A DNA stretch of 64,000 nt from Candidatus Omnitrophota bacterium (GCA_037146775.1 JBAWWL010000001.1:197464-261463); one strand, 5' to 3'; positions 9,680-20,303 are shown, counted from the stretch's first letter. Notes: generated from the letters alone by a model not told the origin. Numbers and translations are program-made.

Positions 9680-10480
9680 ATGAAACCAGATAAAATTTTA
9701 AATTACTTTTCGCTACTCAAACAAAAAGGCAGTATTGGGCAGTCATATCTTTTTATCGGCGACAATTTTGCCGTAGTAGAATCCATCGCCAAGTTGATTA
9801 ATTGCGAAGGGCCACGATGTTTTTGCGGTACGTGTTATAATTGCACGCATATCGCGGCCGGCACGCATCCGGATTTATGTGTTGTTGAACCGAAGCGTTT
9901 GACGATCACCATTGAAGATATCCGGAATTGCCAGCAATTCTTAAGATTGACCAGCTTTCGTGCACCATACAAAGTAGTGATTGTCAGGGGAGCCCAACAC
10001 TTCGGGGAAGAGGCGGCGAATGCGTTTCTTAAAACACTGGAAGAACCGCCGAAGCATTCCTTCATCGCGATATGTACTTCTAAGCTGGACGGTATGCTTC
10101 CAACTATCATATCACGCTGTCGCAAAATATTTCTTCCTTGTGATTCGGCGGCTACACAGCTTCAAGTTTCTGCGCTCATCCCGCAGTTTTTAAAAGGAGA
10201 GAAGCCGGCATTCAAGGATCGTAACGATTTTGCCGCTTTCATATGGACATTCGTTGTTTTTTTCCGCGATTATCTCGTCAATGACGCCATAGGAGGCGTT
10301 AACAACCGTTTGCTTAAAATTCAAGATTATGAGATAATTCTAACCCTTTTGAAAGGCAGAAAGAAATATAGCGCAGTAGAAGCGCAGGCTTTTATTGCCG
10401 AAATGCTCAAGATATACGGGGCGCACAGCAGTGTCAACGAGAATTTGGCATTACAGTTAATAAAGATGAGGTTGCAATGA
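9680..10480 (+). CDS. holB: DNA polymerase III delta-prime subunit-like AAA+ protein
   Basis: Degenerate P-loop region, zinc-module cysteines (CFCGTCYNC) and the sensor motif TIISRC. Follows tmk as in Firmicutes. Confidence 0.7.
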   Translation: MKPDKILNYFSLLKQKGSIGQSYLFIGDNFAVVESIAKLINCEGPRCFCGTCYNCTHIAAGTHPDLCVVEPKRLTITIEDIRNCQQFLRLTSFRAPYKVVIVRGAQHFGEEAANAFLKTLEEPPKHSFIAICTSKLDGMLPTIISRCRKIFLPCDSAATQLQVSALIPQFLKGEKPAFKDRNDFAAFIWTFVVFFRDYLVNDAIGGVNNRLLKIQDYEIILTLLKGRKKYSAVEAQAFIAEMLKIYGAHSSVNENLALQLIKMRLQ

Positions 10481-11298
10481 AAGTAGCATTAGTAAGGTTG
10501 AGGGGTGCAGGACAGCTTGTTACGTATAAAATTGACGAGGGGGTTGTGATCGGTGATTACGTTATTGTCGAAGCCGACCGCGGTACTGATTACGGCGAGG
10601 TTGTCGAGATTAGCGATGTTGAATGTTCCTGTCCGGCAAAAAACGGCACTGCCGGCGAAGCAGCCGCTAAAAATATCATGCGTAAAGCTTCCGAGAGCGA
10701 TGTGAAACAGATTAAGGAGAACGATGCACAGGCCAAAGAGGCAATGCGCCAGTGCAGCCGTAAAATAGAGGAATATAAACTTTCAATGAAGCTTGTGGAT
10801 GCCGAATATTCGTTTGACCGTAAAAAAATTGTTTTCTATTTTACTTCTGATACGCGGGTAGATTTCAGAGAGTTGGTAAAAGATCTGGCAAAAGTTTTCA
10901 AGATACGGATAGAGATGCGCCAAATCGGGGTAAGGGATGAGGCGCGGCTTTTTGGAGGAGTAGGCCCCTGCGGCCAGACGCTTTGTTGCGTGCGGTTTCT
11001 AAAGAATTTTGAGCCGGTTAGTATGAAGATGGCAAAAACACAAAAACTTCCTTTGAGCTCCGGCAAAATTTCCGGTATTTGCGGCAGGCTCATGTGTTGT
11101 CTTTTCTACGAATATAAAACATACAAAGAGCTTTCAAAGGGATTACCAAAAGAGGGAGACATGGTGGAAACATCCGAAGGTAAGGGTAAGGTTATCTCTG
11201 TCAATGTGCTCAGGCGCATCGCTTACGCGCAGCTCGAAGATGGCAGGATAGAAAAGATGGTGTTTCCGCCTCTTTCAGAAGACAAAAAGAATGAGTAA
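10477..11298 (+). CDS. ricT: PSP1 C-terminal domain protein (YaaT/RicT-like)
   Basis: PSP1 domain core YFTSDTRVDFRELVKDLAKVFKIRIEMRQIGVRDEARLFGGVGPCGQTLCC. ATGA overlap with holB. Confidence 0.75.
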   Translation: MKVALVRLRGAGQLVTYKIDEGVVIGDYVIVEADRGTDYGEVVEISDVECSCPAKNGTAGEAAAKNIMRKASESDVKQIKENDAQAKEAMRQCSRKIEEYKLSMKLVDAEYSFDRKKIVFYFTSDTRVDFRELVKDLAKVFKIRIEMRQIGVRDEARLFGGVGPCGQTLCCVRFLKNFEPVSMKMAKTQKLPLSSGKISGICGRLMCCLFYEYKTYKELSKGLPKEGDMVETSEGKGKVISVNVLRRIAYAQLEDGRIEKMVFPPLSEDKKNE

Positions 11299-12826
11299 AT
11301 TTTATCTCACTACTCCCATCTATTATGTGAATGCTTCCGCTCACGTTGGCCACGCCTATACGACTATTATTAGCGACTGCATGGCGCGATTCAAGCGTAT
11401 CAAGGGTGACGAGGTATTCTTTCTCACCGGCACCGATGAACACGGAGAAAAAATAAGAAAAGCCGCCGAAGCAAAAGGCCAGGATCCTCAGGGTTTTGTG
11501 GATGAGATCGTGGGTAATTTCATCCAGCTGTGGAAAACTTTGCATATTTCCTATGATTGCTTTGTCCGGACCACGCAGGATTCTCATATTCGCGTTGTTC
11601 AGGAAGCCATCCGTATCCTGTACGAGAAAGGAGATATCTATAAAGCAAGTTATCGGGCTTTTTATTGTATGCCGTGCGAATGTTTCTGGACGGAATCTCA
11701 AGTGAAGGAAGCGGGGGGATGTCCCGACTGTAAAAGGTCCGTTGAGAAAATCGAGGAAGAAAACTATTTTTTTGCTTTATCCAAATACGAACAATGGCTG
11801 CGGCAGTATTTGAACGAGCATCCGCAATGTATCAAACCAAAAATACGCTACAACGAGGTAATGGGATTCTTGGAGAATAATAAATTGAATGATTTATGTA
11901 TTTCCCGTCCCAAAAAGAGAGTTTCTTGGGGGATTAATTTTCCTTTCGATGAGCAGTATGTTGTCTACGTATGGTTTGACGCCCTACTTAACTATATCAG
12001 CGCGGCGGGATTCCATCTCGATCAGAAGAAATTTACTGCCTATTGGCCGGCTGATATTCATTTTATGGCCAAAGATATTCTAAAACAACATGCGGTATTT
12101 TGGCCGATCATGCTTAAGGCGCTCGATCTCCAACCGCCCCGGGTGGTTTTTGCCCACGGGTGGTGGAAAATGGGAGATGAAAAAATGTCCAAATCGCGGG
12201 GGAACATTGTCAACCCGCTTGAAGTTATCACGCAACTTGGCGGCGGCGATTCCGGGGTAGATGCGTTACGTTATTTTCTTTTGCGGGAAGTACCTATTGG
12301 TATGGATGGAAACTTTTCTTGGAAAGCGCTTATCGGCCGTACCAATAGTGACCTGGCCAACGATCTCGGTAATCTTGTCTATCGCACGCTTAACATGGTG
12401 GAGAAGTATTACAACGGCCACCTAGAAGCTTCTCGCGCAATGCCTGATGAATTCAAAGAGCCCTTGGCGGCACTTACTGTCCGTTATATAGCGTTGATGG
12501 ATGAAAGCGATTTTCCCGGCACTTTAGAATGTATTTTTAAGTTTATCAGCGTTATGAATAAATATATCGAAGATACGAAGCCGTGGGTATTATGGAAAGA
12601 AAAAAAAGAAAATGAAATCAAGGAGTTCTTGTACGCACTTTTAGAGGGAATACGAATAATCGCCGTCTATCTTTATCCTTTTATGCCCGCTACCGCTATT
12701 TCTATAAGACGCCAGTTAGGCATTGCCGATCCTTCTTCTTTTTTCATCTCGCAGGCACAATGGAGTATGGCGGATAATTTTATTACTAAAAAAGAACAGC
12801 CTCTTTTCCCCCGCCTCGAGGATTAG
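11291..12826 (+). CDS. metG: methionine--tRNA ligase
   Basis: HIGH-region ASAHVGHAYT, KMSKSRGN, and a zinc knuckle CMPCECF...CPDC. Confidence 0.9.
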   Translation: MSKFYLTTPIYYVNASAHVGHAYTTIISDCMARFKRIKGDEVFFLTGTDEHGEKIRKAAEAKGQDPQGFVDEIVGNFIQLWKTLHISYDCFVRTTQDSHIRVVQEAIRILYEKGDIYKASYRAFYCMPCECFWTESQVKEAGGCPDCKRSVEKIEEENYFFALSKYEQWLRQYLNEHPQCIKPKIRYNEVMGFLENNKLNDLCISRPKKRVSWGINFPFDEQYVVYVWFDALLNYISAAGFHLDQKKFTAYWPADIHFMAKDILKQHAVFWPIMLKALDLQPPRVVFAHGWWKMGDEKMSKSRGNIVNPLEVITQLGGGDSGVDALRYFLLREVPIGMDGNFSWKALIGRTNSDLANDLGNLVYRTLNMVEKYYNGHLEASRAMPDEFKEPLAALTVRYIALMDESDFPGTLECIFKFISVMNKYIEDTKPWVLWKEKKENEIKEFLYALLEGIRIIAVYLYPFMPATAISIRRQLGIADPSSFFISQAQWSMADNFITKKEQPLFPRLED

Positions 12827-12910
12827 CTTTAGCGAGCATGCGCATTGACTTGTGACAACGTGTTGGATGAAAGGGTATGAATTTACACAACAACGCATGA
12901 GGTGATTAAG

Positions 12911-13654
12911 GTGTTTGTAGACGCTCACTGCCATATTAACGCACTTCCTCCCGTTACACGCCAGGCTTTGACCCCTACCTTAACTTCTCTGGGTATCTGT
13001 ATTGATTCCAGTATAAATTGCGTTACTACGATTGAATCTTTAAGCCTTTCTTCGCAGCTGGAGCGGGTGTATTCCTCTATCGGCTTCCATCCCTTTTGTG
13101 CGCAGGAATTCAGCATTGATATACTTACCACGTACAAAAATTTTATCAGCCAGAACAGTAAAATTGTTGCTATCGGAGAAATCGGTTTAGACGAGAAAGC
13201 GCAAGCTCCTTTATCGCAGCAAGAAGCGGTATTACGGGAATTCTTGAGGCTTGCCAAAGAAACCGGTTTGCCCGTTATTATCCATAACCGGTTATCGGGC
13301 GACGGCATATTAGGTATCTTAAACGATTTTTTCCCTTCCTACGAGAAAGTTATTTTCCACTGTTTTTCTTACGATTCAGAGTTACTGCATGCGGTCGTCG
13401 CTAAAGGAGCGTATGTTTCCTTTTCTTTAAATGTCCTGCGTAAACAAACGAGAGTGTTACAATCATTAGTCGCCTGCCCTCTAGAGCGGATGCTTCTTGA
13501 AACAGATTCTCCTTATATGAAAATAAACCAGCAGCCTTCCACCCCTTTTGATATAAAAACGCTCTATGAGTTTGTAGCGTCATTACGAAAAATAGACCGG
13601 GAAGAGTTTGCGCGCAATATTTTGTTAAACGCTAAAAAGTTTTTTTCTTTATGA
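12911..13654 (+). CDS. tatD: TatD-family metal-dependent hydrolase/DNase
   Basis: VFVDAHCHIN N-terminal metal-binding motif and a TIM-barrel hydrolase pattern. GTG 12911 is preceded by GAGGTGA; the longer ORF begins at GTG 12902. Confidence 0.8.
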   Translation: MFVDAHCHINALPPVTRQALTPTLTSLGICIDSSINCVTTIESLSLSSQLERVYSSIGFHPFCAQEFSIDILTTYKNFISQNSKIVAIGEIGLDEKAQAPLSQQEAVLREFLRLAKETGLPVIIHNRLSGDGILGILNDFFPSYEKVIFHCFSYDSELLHAVVAKGAYVSFSLNVLRKQTRVLQSLVACPLERMLLETDSPYMKINQQPSTPFDIKTLYEFVASLRKIDREEFARNILLNAKKFFSL

Positions 13655-14769
13655 AGAGAGTGGTTATCCTTAAGATAGGAACATATGATTTCAAAGTGCT
13701 GAAAGACCGTATTGGCGCAAGTATCGATAAGTACTTTTTACCGGCGAAGCTTTTTTCTCCTGCAGACAAGGTTTTGTTGAAGCCAAATCTTCTTATGCCG
13801 GCATCTCCAGAGGAAGCAATAGTAACCCATCCGGTTTTTGTCGAGGCGGTTGGTTGTATTTTGAAAGAGATGGGCTGTACGGTAGCTATCGGCGATAGCC
13901 CCGGGGGGCTGGTAGACAACCCAGATATGGATGTTATTTATGAAACCACCCAATTGAAGCGCGTTGCCGAGGAAAGAGGCTTTGAGCTTCTTTATCCCAA
14001 AGAAAGTGTCGTGAGACAAGGTTTGCCTTTGTGCCGATGGGTCGATGATTTTAAGATGGTAAATCTCCCAAAGCTTAAAACCCATGATATAATGATGTTG
14101 ACTTTGGCGGTAAAAAATCTTTACGGTTGTATCAGCGGATTGCATAAGAGTTATTTGCATCGGATGTATCCCAAAGCCGACTATTTTACCGAAATACTGA
14201 TACAGCTTTACAAGATGATTAGGCCAACATTGCATGTTGTTGACGGTATACTTGCGCTCCAGGGCCACGGCCCGGCTAAGGGAGGAAAACCCCGGGCATT
14301 GGGGTTGGTGGCAATAGGAGACGATGCTTTGGCTACGGATTATGCGATTGCAAAACTGCTGGGGTTGCAGGAAGACAATAACCCCTTAATGAAGAAGGCA
14401 AAGCAGTATGGCCTTATATCTGGCGATAACATAGAGATAATTTCTGAGATAGGCGATCATGAAATAAAAAACTTTAAGTTTCCCGCGCCGTTCATTCTTA
14501 ATGCGATCCCTGACCCCTTGTTGGTGCCTCTTAAGGCATTTTTTTCGTTTAGGCCTGCTGTTTCCGAAAAAAAGTGTACCGGATGCGGGTTTTGTAAAAC
14601 GGTTTGTCCTCAAGGGGCTATAGACTTACAAAAAGGAAAAGCCTGTATTGATTATACTAAATGTATCATGTGTATGTGTTGTTCGGAGATGTGCCGCTTT
14701 GGCGCGGTAAATGTGGCAGAGGGGATGTTGTTAAAAGTTGTTAAAACTATACGCCAATGTTTTCGATAA
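13651..14769 (+). CDS. DUF362-domain protein with C-terminal 2x[4Fe-4S] ferredoxin-like domain
   Basis: DUF362-like N-terminal two-thirds. The C-terminus carries CTGCGFCKTVCP and CIMCMCCSEMC cysteine clusters typical of dicluster ferredoxins. Confidence 0.6.
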   Translation: MKRVVILKIGTYDFKVLKDRIGASIDKYFLPAKLFSPADKVLLKPNLLMPASPEEAIVTHPVFVEAVGCILKEMGCTVAIGDSPGGLVDNPDMDVIYETTQLKRVAEERGFELLYPKESVVRQGLPLCRWVDDFKMVNLPKLKTHDIMMLTLAVKNLYGCISGLHKSYLHRMYPKADYFTEILIQLYKMIRPTLHVVDGILALQGHGPAKGGKPRALGLVAIGDDALATDYAIAKLLGLQEDNNPLMKKAKQYGLISGDNIEIISEIGDHEIKNFKFPAPFILNAIPDPLLVPLKAFFSFRPAVSEKKCTGCGFCKTVCPQGAIDLQKGKACIDYTKCIMCMCCSEMCRFGAVNVAEGMLLKVVKTIRQCFR

Positions 14770-15791
14770 AGTTTAAAAATAACCGCCTGTTTTATCTTGA
14801 TCAGACCAAACTCCCTTTAAAAGAAGTCTGGAAAGAATGTAGAACTGCCCGCGAAGGCTATTTTGCCATTACACAGCTGCAGGTGCGCGGAGCTCCTCTC
14901 ATAGGGGTATTTGCGGGGTATGCTATGTTTATCGCCGCCAAATCTTTTTCGGGCCAAAAGAATTTATTTCTGAAGCAATTCTCCGCGACGCTTGCGTATC
15001 TTCGTTCGTCCCGGCCGACTGCAGTTAATTTATTCTGGGCATTAGAACGGATAGAAAAGGTTGTGTGGCGATGCGGTCATGAAAATGTTATTTATCTACG
15101 GCAGGCGATTTTGAAAGAAGCCATAGCGATTCATCGTGAAGATGTACGGCTTTGTGAGCGTATGGCCGGCTATGGCGTCTCGCTTATTCATAAAAGAGAC
15201 ACCATTCTTACGCACTGTAATTCCGGTTTCTTAGCCACTTCCGGTGAGGGCACGGCTTTAGCGGTTATCTATGAGGCGCATAAACGGCATAAGGGTATAC
15301 ATGTCTATGCGGATGAAACGCGGCCGCTTTTACAGGGTGCGCGGTTAACCGCCTGGGAACTAACTAAGCGAAAAGTCCCCTGTACGCTCATCTGCGACAA
15401 CATGGCCGCTTCTTTAATGCAGCGTGGTTTGATCAGCAAGGTATTTGTTGGAGCGGATAGGATTGCGGCTAATGGCGACGCCGCAAACAAAATCGGAACG
15501 TATAATGTTGCGGTTATTGCCCATTATCACCATATTCCTTTTTATGTGGTGGCACCTTTCAGCACGTTTGATTTGACGTTATCCGCAGGCAGCCGTATCC
15601 CCATTGAACAGCGAGCGGCTGATGAGTTGCGGCGGTTATTCTTTAAAACACCTGTTGCTGCCAGGAATGTGAGAGTGTACAATCCGGCCTTTGATGTTAC
15701 TCCGGCTTGCCTGATCAGTGCAATCGTAAGCGATAAAGGTATTATATATCCACCGTATACGCAGAATATATCAAAAACGCTACGTACATGA
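14757..15791 (+). CDS. mtnA: methylthioribose-1-phosphate isomerase (eIF-2B alpha/beta/delta family)
   Basis: Family hallmarks LQVRGAPLIGV and GADRIAANGDAANKIGTY. Confidence 0.75.
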   Translation: MFSIKFKNNRLFYLDQTKLPLKEVWKECRTAREGYFAITQLQVRGAPLIGVFAGYAMFIAAKSFSGQKNLFLKQFSATLAYLRSSRPTAVNLFWALERIEKVVWRCGHENVIYLRQAILKEAIAIHREDVRLCERMAGYGVSLIHKRDTILTHCNSGFLATSGEGTALAVIYEAHKRHKGIHVYADETRPLLQGARLTAWELTKRKVPCTLICDNMAASLMQRGLISKVFVGADRIAANGDAANKIGTYNVAVIAHYHHIPFYVVAPFSTFDLTLSAGSRIPIEQRAADELRRLFFKTPVAARNVRVYNPAFDVTPACLISAIVSDKGIIYPPYTQNISKTLRT

Positions 15792-16636
15792 AGGAACTTG
15801 AGTGGGTCGATTTTTTAAAACGTACCGTCAAAAACAGAAAAGATGTTCTTGTCGGTATTGGCGATGATTGCGCTTTAGTAAAAATTGGCCAGGAAAAAGC
15901 GCTGTTAAAAAGCGATTTGTTTATCGAAGGTGTTCATTTCCGGTTGCCCGATATGTCCTTTCGGACAATTGGTATGCGCGCAATAGCCAGGGTACTTTCC
16001 GATATTGCCGCTTGCGGTGGTACTCCGAAATTTATCGGTATATCTTTGGGGCTGCCTGGTTATATCGCAGAAAAAAGCTTGCGAGAAATAGTTGCGGGTG
16101 TTAATCAGAGCGCCAAAAGGTATATGTTTTCTTTTGTGGGCGGAGATACGTCAAGGGCTCCCCGGTTGTTTTTGGATGTCTGGGCGCTCGCCACCGTACA
16201 CAAATGTATATTACGCAGCCAAGCCAAAGTCGGCGATTATATTTTTATAACCGGAACACTTGGTGCGAGAAATTTCTCTGATACGTTCGAGCCGCGCCTG
16301 AAAGATTCGCGTTATCTCGCTGGTAATTTTAAAGTGCACGCGATGATCGATATTTCCGACGGTTTCTTGGTCGATCTTTATAGGATCTTAAAAGAGAGCG
16401 GCAAGGGTGCACTGCTTTACAAGGAACACATACCGGTTACTCACGGCGACGCGGACTATTATAGGGGCGAAGATTACGAGTTGCTTTTTACGGTCGACGA
16501 GAAAGAACCCCGGCTTCGTATGTTAAAAAAAAGATTTTACTGCGTTGGCCGCATTATGGAAAAACGTTATGGATATAAGATGCGAGTCGGCTCAAAGGTA
16601 CGCGTTGTAGAGCCGAAAGGCTATATGCATTTCTAA
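15788..16636 (+). CDS. thiL: thiamine-monophosphate kinase (AIR-synthase-related family)
   Basis: GDDCALV motif and a PurM-like fold signature. Somewhat short for ThiL. Confidence 0.6.
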   Translation: MKELEWVDFLKRTVKNRKDVLVGIGDDCALVKIGQEKALLKSDLFIEGVHFRLPDMSFRTIGMRAIARVLSDIAACGGTPKFIGISLGLPGYIAEKSLREIVAGVNQSAKRYMFSFVGGDTSRAPRLFLDVWALATVHKCILRSQAKVGDYIFITGTLGARNFSDTFEPRLKDSRYLAGNFKVHAMIDISDGFLVDLYRILKESGKGALLYKEHIPVTHGDADYYRGEDYELLFTVDEKEPRLRMLKKRFYCVGRIMEKRYGYKMRVGSKVRVVEPKGYMHF

Positions 16637-16709
16637 GATTTCGAGAGCGTTTTCGGCCGTATCCGGCGCTCTGTTGTGTGGATAGTTTGTTTAGAGAGGG
16701 GATAGCAGC

Positions 16710-17156
16710 GTGATGAAGCGAATGACCACATATTCCGCAAAAGACACAGCGGTGTTGGGTGCGAAATTCGCCCGTATGCTCAAAGAACGCGACGTGGTGA
16801 TTTTGGAGGGCGTGTTGGGAGGAGGAAAGACCACTTTTATCCGGGGTATTCTGGCCGGCCTTGGCTGTAGATCGCGAGTCCTTAGCCCTTCGTTTACTCT
16901 CCTGCGCCACTATAAAAAAAATAAAATACATATCTGTCATGCCGATCTGTACCGTATCAAGGCAAAGGATATCATTGGGCTTGGCCTTGAAGATTATTTA
17001 TATAGCCCTTCGACCATTACCTTTATAGAGTGGGGAGAAAAAATTGAGCGGTATTTACCGCGCTGCATTAAGATAAGATTTTCTTTTTTAAGCGAGGCCC
17101 GCCGCGCAATAGTATTTTCAATCAAAGGCTATCCCCGCCGCCGGCTTACGATATAA
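16710..17156 (+). CDS. tsaE: tRNA t6A biosynthesis ATPase TsaE (YjeE)
   Basis: P-loop LEGVLGGGKTTFIRG; small size typical of TsaE. Confidence 0.8.
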   Translation: MMKRMTTYSAKDTAVLGAKFARMLKERDVVILEGVLGGGKTTFIRGILAGLGCRSRVLSPSFTLLRHYKKNKIHICHADLYRIKAKDIIGLGLEDYLYSPSTITFIEWGEKIERYLPRCIKIRFSFLSEARRAIVFSIKGYPRRRLTI

Positions 17157-17162
17157 AAAATT

Positions 17163-17834
17163 ATGAATGTACTGGCAATAGAGACGTCTTCGGCCAATCT
17201 TTCCTTTAGCGCGATGTGTCAGGATCGTATCGTAGTTAATTATAATCGTCGCCTTCGCTTTGGCGCGTCAAAAATTATCCTTTATCTCGAAAAAAGCCTT
17301 AAGCAGGCTTCTCTTGATTTCGGTGATTTTGACGCCTTTATTATCGGCAGTGGTCCTGGGTCATTTACGGGTTTGAGGATATCGTTTGCTTTGGTAAAGG
17401 CGTTTGCTTTGGCGTTGCAAAAGCCGGTGATAGCGATACCAAGTTTTTATGCTGTTGCGTATCCTTTTGCCGCGCAGCATCGGCGTATTACGGTTATCGC
17501 CGATGCCCGTCGAGACTTGGTGTATACCGGATCATTTACGGTAGAAAGAGGAGTGTTGCGTAGCGAGGGGCACACACAACTTATGAAGCTTGAAGAATGT
17601 ATTGGGCGCAGAAAAGATTATTTTTTTCTAACCTACGACCATTCAATACGGCAAAAAGCACTGGCGCAGTATCCTCGCATGCATTTTCATCGGACCGATT
17701 GCTATCCTTGCGCGAAACATCTTTGCTTTATCGGGAAAGATTATTATAATAAAAAAAGGTTTACCCCTGTATCAAGATTGGAGCCGTTATATCTTCATCC
17801 GAAAACGTGCCAAATTGTAAATCGCGTACCGTAA
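17163..17834 (+). CDS. tsaB: tRNA t6A biosynthesis protein TsaB (YeaZ)
   Basis: N-terminus MNVLAIETSS and an ASKHA fold pattern (GSGPGSFTGLRI). Adjacent to tsaE. Confidence 0.75.
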   Translation: MNVLAIETSSANLSFSAMCQDRIVVNYNRRLRFGASKIILYLEKSLKQASLDFGDFDAFIIGSGPGSFTGLRISFALVKAFALALQKPVIAIPSFYAVAYPFAAQHRRITVIADARRDLVYTGSFTVERGVLRSEGHTQLMKLEECIGRRKDYFFLTYDHSIRQKALAQYPRMHFHRTDCYPCAKHLCFIGKDYYNKKRFTPVSRLEPLYLHPKTCQIVNRVP

Positions 17835-17899
17835 CTGTCGGTTGTTAACCATCATGATACAATAAACGGCATCCGACGAACGGTGGAGGAAAAAAAGAA

Positions 17900-19024
17900 A
17901 TGTTTAGGCCGCTATGGATAGAAATTGACCTGCGTGCGCTGCGCAAGAATTTTAAAATTATTAAAGATATTGTTGGGGAAAGGACCAAGATCATTGCTAC
18001 CGTAAAACAATTCGCCTATGGGCATGGTTTAGTTCCGGTTGCCAGAGAGTTGTCGGCGATGGGGGTTGCGTATTTTGGCCTTGGTAGCATCGAAGAGGGT
18101 ATTATTTTGCGCTCAGCCGGATTCAAAGAGCGAATGCTGGTTTTGACCGCCGTTTTACCGCAATTTGCCGAGTATTTTCTGCGTTATAACATAACGCCTG
18201 CAATCGTGGATATCGACTTTGCCAGAAAAATTAATGCTGTTGCGAAAAAAAAAGGTATAGTTTTCCCCGTGCATGTCAAAATTGATACTGGTATGGGCCG
18301 ACTTGGGCCTTACTATAAAGATGCTTACCGGTTTGTCAGGGAACTGTCAGCCTTTAAGCATATTGCGCTGGAAGGCGTATTCACGCATTTTCCCAATGCC
18401 GACGCGGATACGGAGTTTACTATTTATCAAATCAGTGTTTTTAATGATTTTATCGCTACGCTAAAAAAAGAAGGAATATCTTTCCAACACCAACATTGTG
18501 CGAACAGTATCGGTATCATGTGTTACCCCTATTCGCATTTTACCATGGTCAGGCCCGGTCTGATGCTTTACGGAATACGGCCGTCGCCGGACATTGATTT
18601 TACCCTGCAGCCTGTACTTTCCTTGAAGTCGAAAATAGTTTTTATTAAGAAAATAACCAAAGGAATGACGGTAAGTTACGGCCGGACCTATGTAGCCAAA
18701 AAATCATCGCTTGTGGCAACGGTAGCGATTGGTTACGCCGATGGTTATCCCTGGAGCCTGTCCAACCGTGCGAAAGTGATTATCAAGGATAGCTTTTTCA
18801 ATGTAGTAGGAAGGGTGTGCATGGATCACGTGATGGTCAATCTCGGTAACCGGGAGGATATTAAAGTCGGCGAAGAGGTGATTTTGATCGGTAAAAAAAA
18901 TACCTTGCAAATCAGTGCGGAAGAAATTTCCTTGTGGGCAAAAACCATACCGTATGAAATAGTCAGCCGTCTCTCGTTGAGAATCCCGCGTACGTATAAA
19001 TATGCACGTTCGGGTAGGGGCTAG
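17900..19024 (+). CDS. alr: alanine racemase
   Basis: PLP-lysine motif ATVKQFAYGHG, and a C-terminal beta domain with the YGRT motif (VSYGRTY). Confidence 0.85.
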   Translation: MFRPLWIEIDLRALRKNFKIIKDIVGERTKIIATVKQFAYGHGLVPVARELSAMGVAYFGLGSIEEGIILRSAGFKERMLVLTAVLPQFAEYFLRYNITPAIVDIDFARKINAVAKKKGIVFPVHVKIDTGMGRLGPYYKDAYRFVRELSAFKHIALEGVFTHFPNADADTEFTIYQISVFNDFIATLKKEGISFQHQHCANSIGIMCYPYSHFTMVRPGLMLYGIRPSPDIDFTLQPVLSLKSKIVFIKKITKGMTVSYGRTYVAKKSSLVATVAIGYADGYPWSLSNRAKVIIKDSFFNVVGRVCMDHVMVNLGNREDIKVGEEVILIGKKNTLQISAEEISLWAKTIPYEIVSRLSLRIPRTYKYARSGRG

Positions 19025-19214
19025 GAGTTAAAGATGGGTGTTTAGCTTGCCCGTAACCAAAATTTTTTAGTTTGAACGCTACCGTTTAGATAAATCCAGC
19101 CCCTTAATTTTTGTGTTTTTCCTGCCCATAATTAAGTAACTATAAGAATACAAGATGGGTTTTGAATGCGGATGGTTCTTCGGTCAACCCGACACGAATG
19201 CGCGATGGCAAGTT

Positions 19215-20303
19215 TTACTTTATGAAGATGAGCCCGCTTACGCCGACCGCTAAAAAGAATAGCGGAGCAAGCCATGGGGCAAAGATTGGAAGTATTGCTC
19301 CGCCTTTTCCCAGAGCAATGCTGAAATACATAAAGGTGTAGTAAATAAAGCCGAACATAATCCCTACCCCCAAGGAAGAAAACGCCGCCCGGCGTTTCTT
19401 GATTTCTAAAGCAAAAGGGAGTGTCCCCATGATAATAAAAAAAGGCGAGAGCGGTTCCACGAGCCTGCGGTGGTAGTCAATTATCAGGTGTGCCAATTTG
19501 TCGTACGCTCTTATTCTTTTTAACTGCAGGATATCTTTTTTCAGCTTTTTAAGCGAAGAGAATTGGAAGAAAAGGCTTTTTTTGAGCGTCAAGGTTTCCG
19601 GTTTTTCTTCCAGCGGGATCATTTTTTCTTTCCAGTAAGCCGGGGCTGCCGTGATATTCCCTTTCTCGTCGAGTTGGTATTCGATGAGTTCGTAGGCTTT
19701 CCAGCGGCTCTGTTCGTAGATGAGATATTTACAAATAGTTTTCTTCGAAACATTTTTTTCTTCATTTTCTTCAAAAATCATAACATCTTGAAACATCTTT
19801 TTGTGGGGTATATATTTCCCGGAAAAAAAAATGGCATTTCCCGAGGAGAACGCGATATTTGTTTCTTCGGTTGAGGGGGCAAAATTCTTTTTTATAAAAC
19901 GCATCCGGATATCTTCTACTTTTTTCTGTGAAGTTATAAGAATCCTTTCCTGTATGACAAGCGATGCCCCAGAAATGACAATAGCAAAGAATATTACCGG
20001 AAACGACATATTAAATACGCTTATGCCGGAAGCGCGCATACTCAAGACTTCATTATTCCGGTTAAGCTCTCCAAAAGTATAAAAGACGCTTATCGCTATG
20101 GAAAAAGGGCTTACGGTAAGATATATGAGAGGAAGCATATTAAGATAGAATTGTACCAGCGTCATGGCGGGCGGTTTTGCTTTGAGGATATCGGAAAGAT
20201 TCGTTGATATATCGATAATAAAATAGAGGCAGATAAATACGAGGAGGATAAACACGTACGTCGAGATTATGTTTTTTAGAATATATTTATCTAAAATGCG
20301 CAT
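19215..20303 (-). CDS. lptG: LPS export permease LptF/LptG family (YjgP/YjgQ)
   Basis: Six-TM permease with a periplasmic beta-jellyroll insert. Paired with a paralogue immediately upstream on the same strand. Confidence 0.7.
   Translation of the reverse strand: MRILDKYILKNIISTYVFILLVFICLYFIIDISTNLSDILKAKPPAMTLVQFYLNMLPLIYLTVSPFSIAISVFYTFGELNRNNEVLSMRASGISVFNMSFPVIFFAIVISGASLVIQERILITSQKKVEDIRMRFIKKNFAPSTEETNIAFSSGNAIFFSGKYIPHKKMFQDVMIFEENEEKNVSKKTICKYLIYEQSRWKAYELIEYQLDEKGNITAAPAYWKEKMIPLEEKPETLTLKKSLFFQFSSLKKLKKDILQLKRIRAYDKLAHLIIDYHRRLVEPLSPFFIIMGTLPFALEIKKRRAAFSSLGVGIMFGFIYYTFMYFSIALGKGGAILPIFAPWLAPLFFLAVGVSGLIFIK

Noticed and set aside
11210-11701. 163-aa - strand ORF within metG
   Set aside because: Antisense to a highly conserved aminoacyl-tRNA synthetase gene.
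13738-14268. 176-aa - strand ORF within the DUF362 gene
   Set aside because: Antisense shadow ORF. The + strand gene has clear ferredoxin motifs.
19025-19214. 190-bp convergent intergenic region between alr and lptG, checked for tRNA or terminator
   Set aside because: No T-loop-like GTTCRA motif or cloverleaf. Only weak, imperfect hairpins, so nothing supportable.
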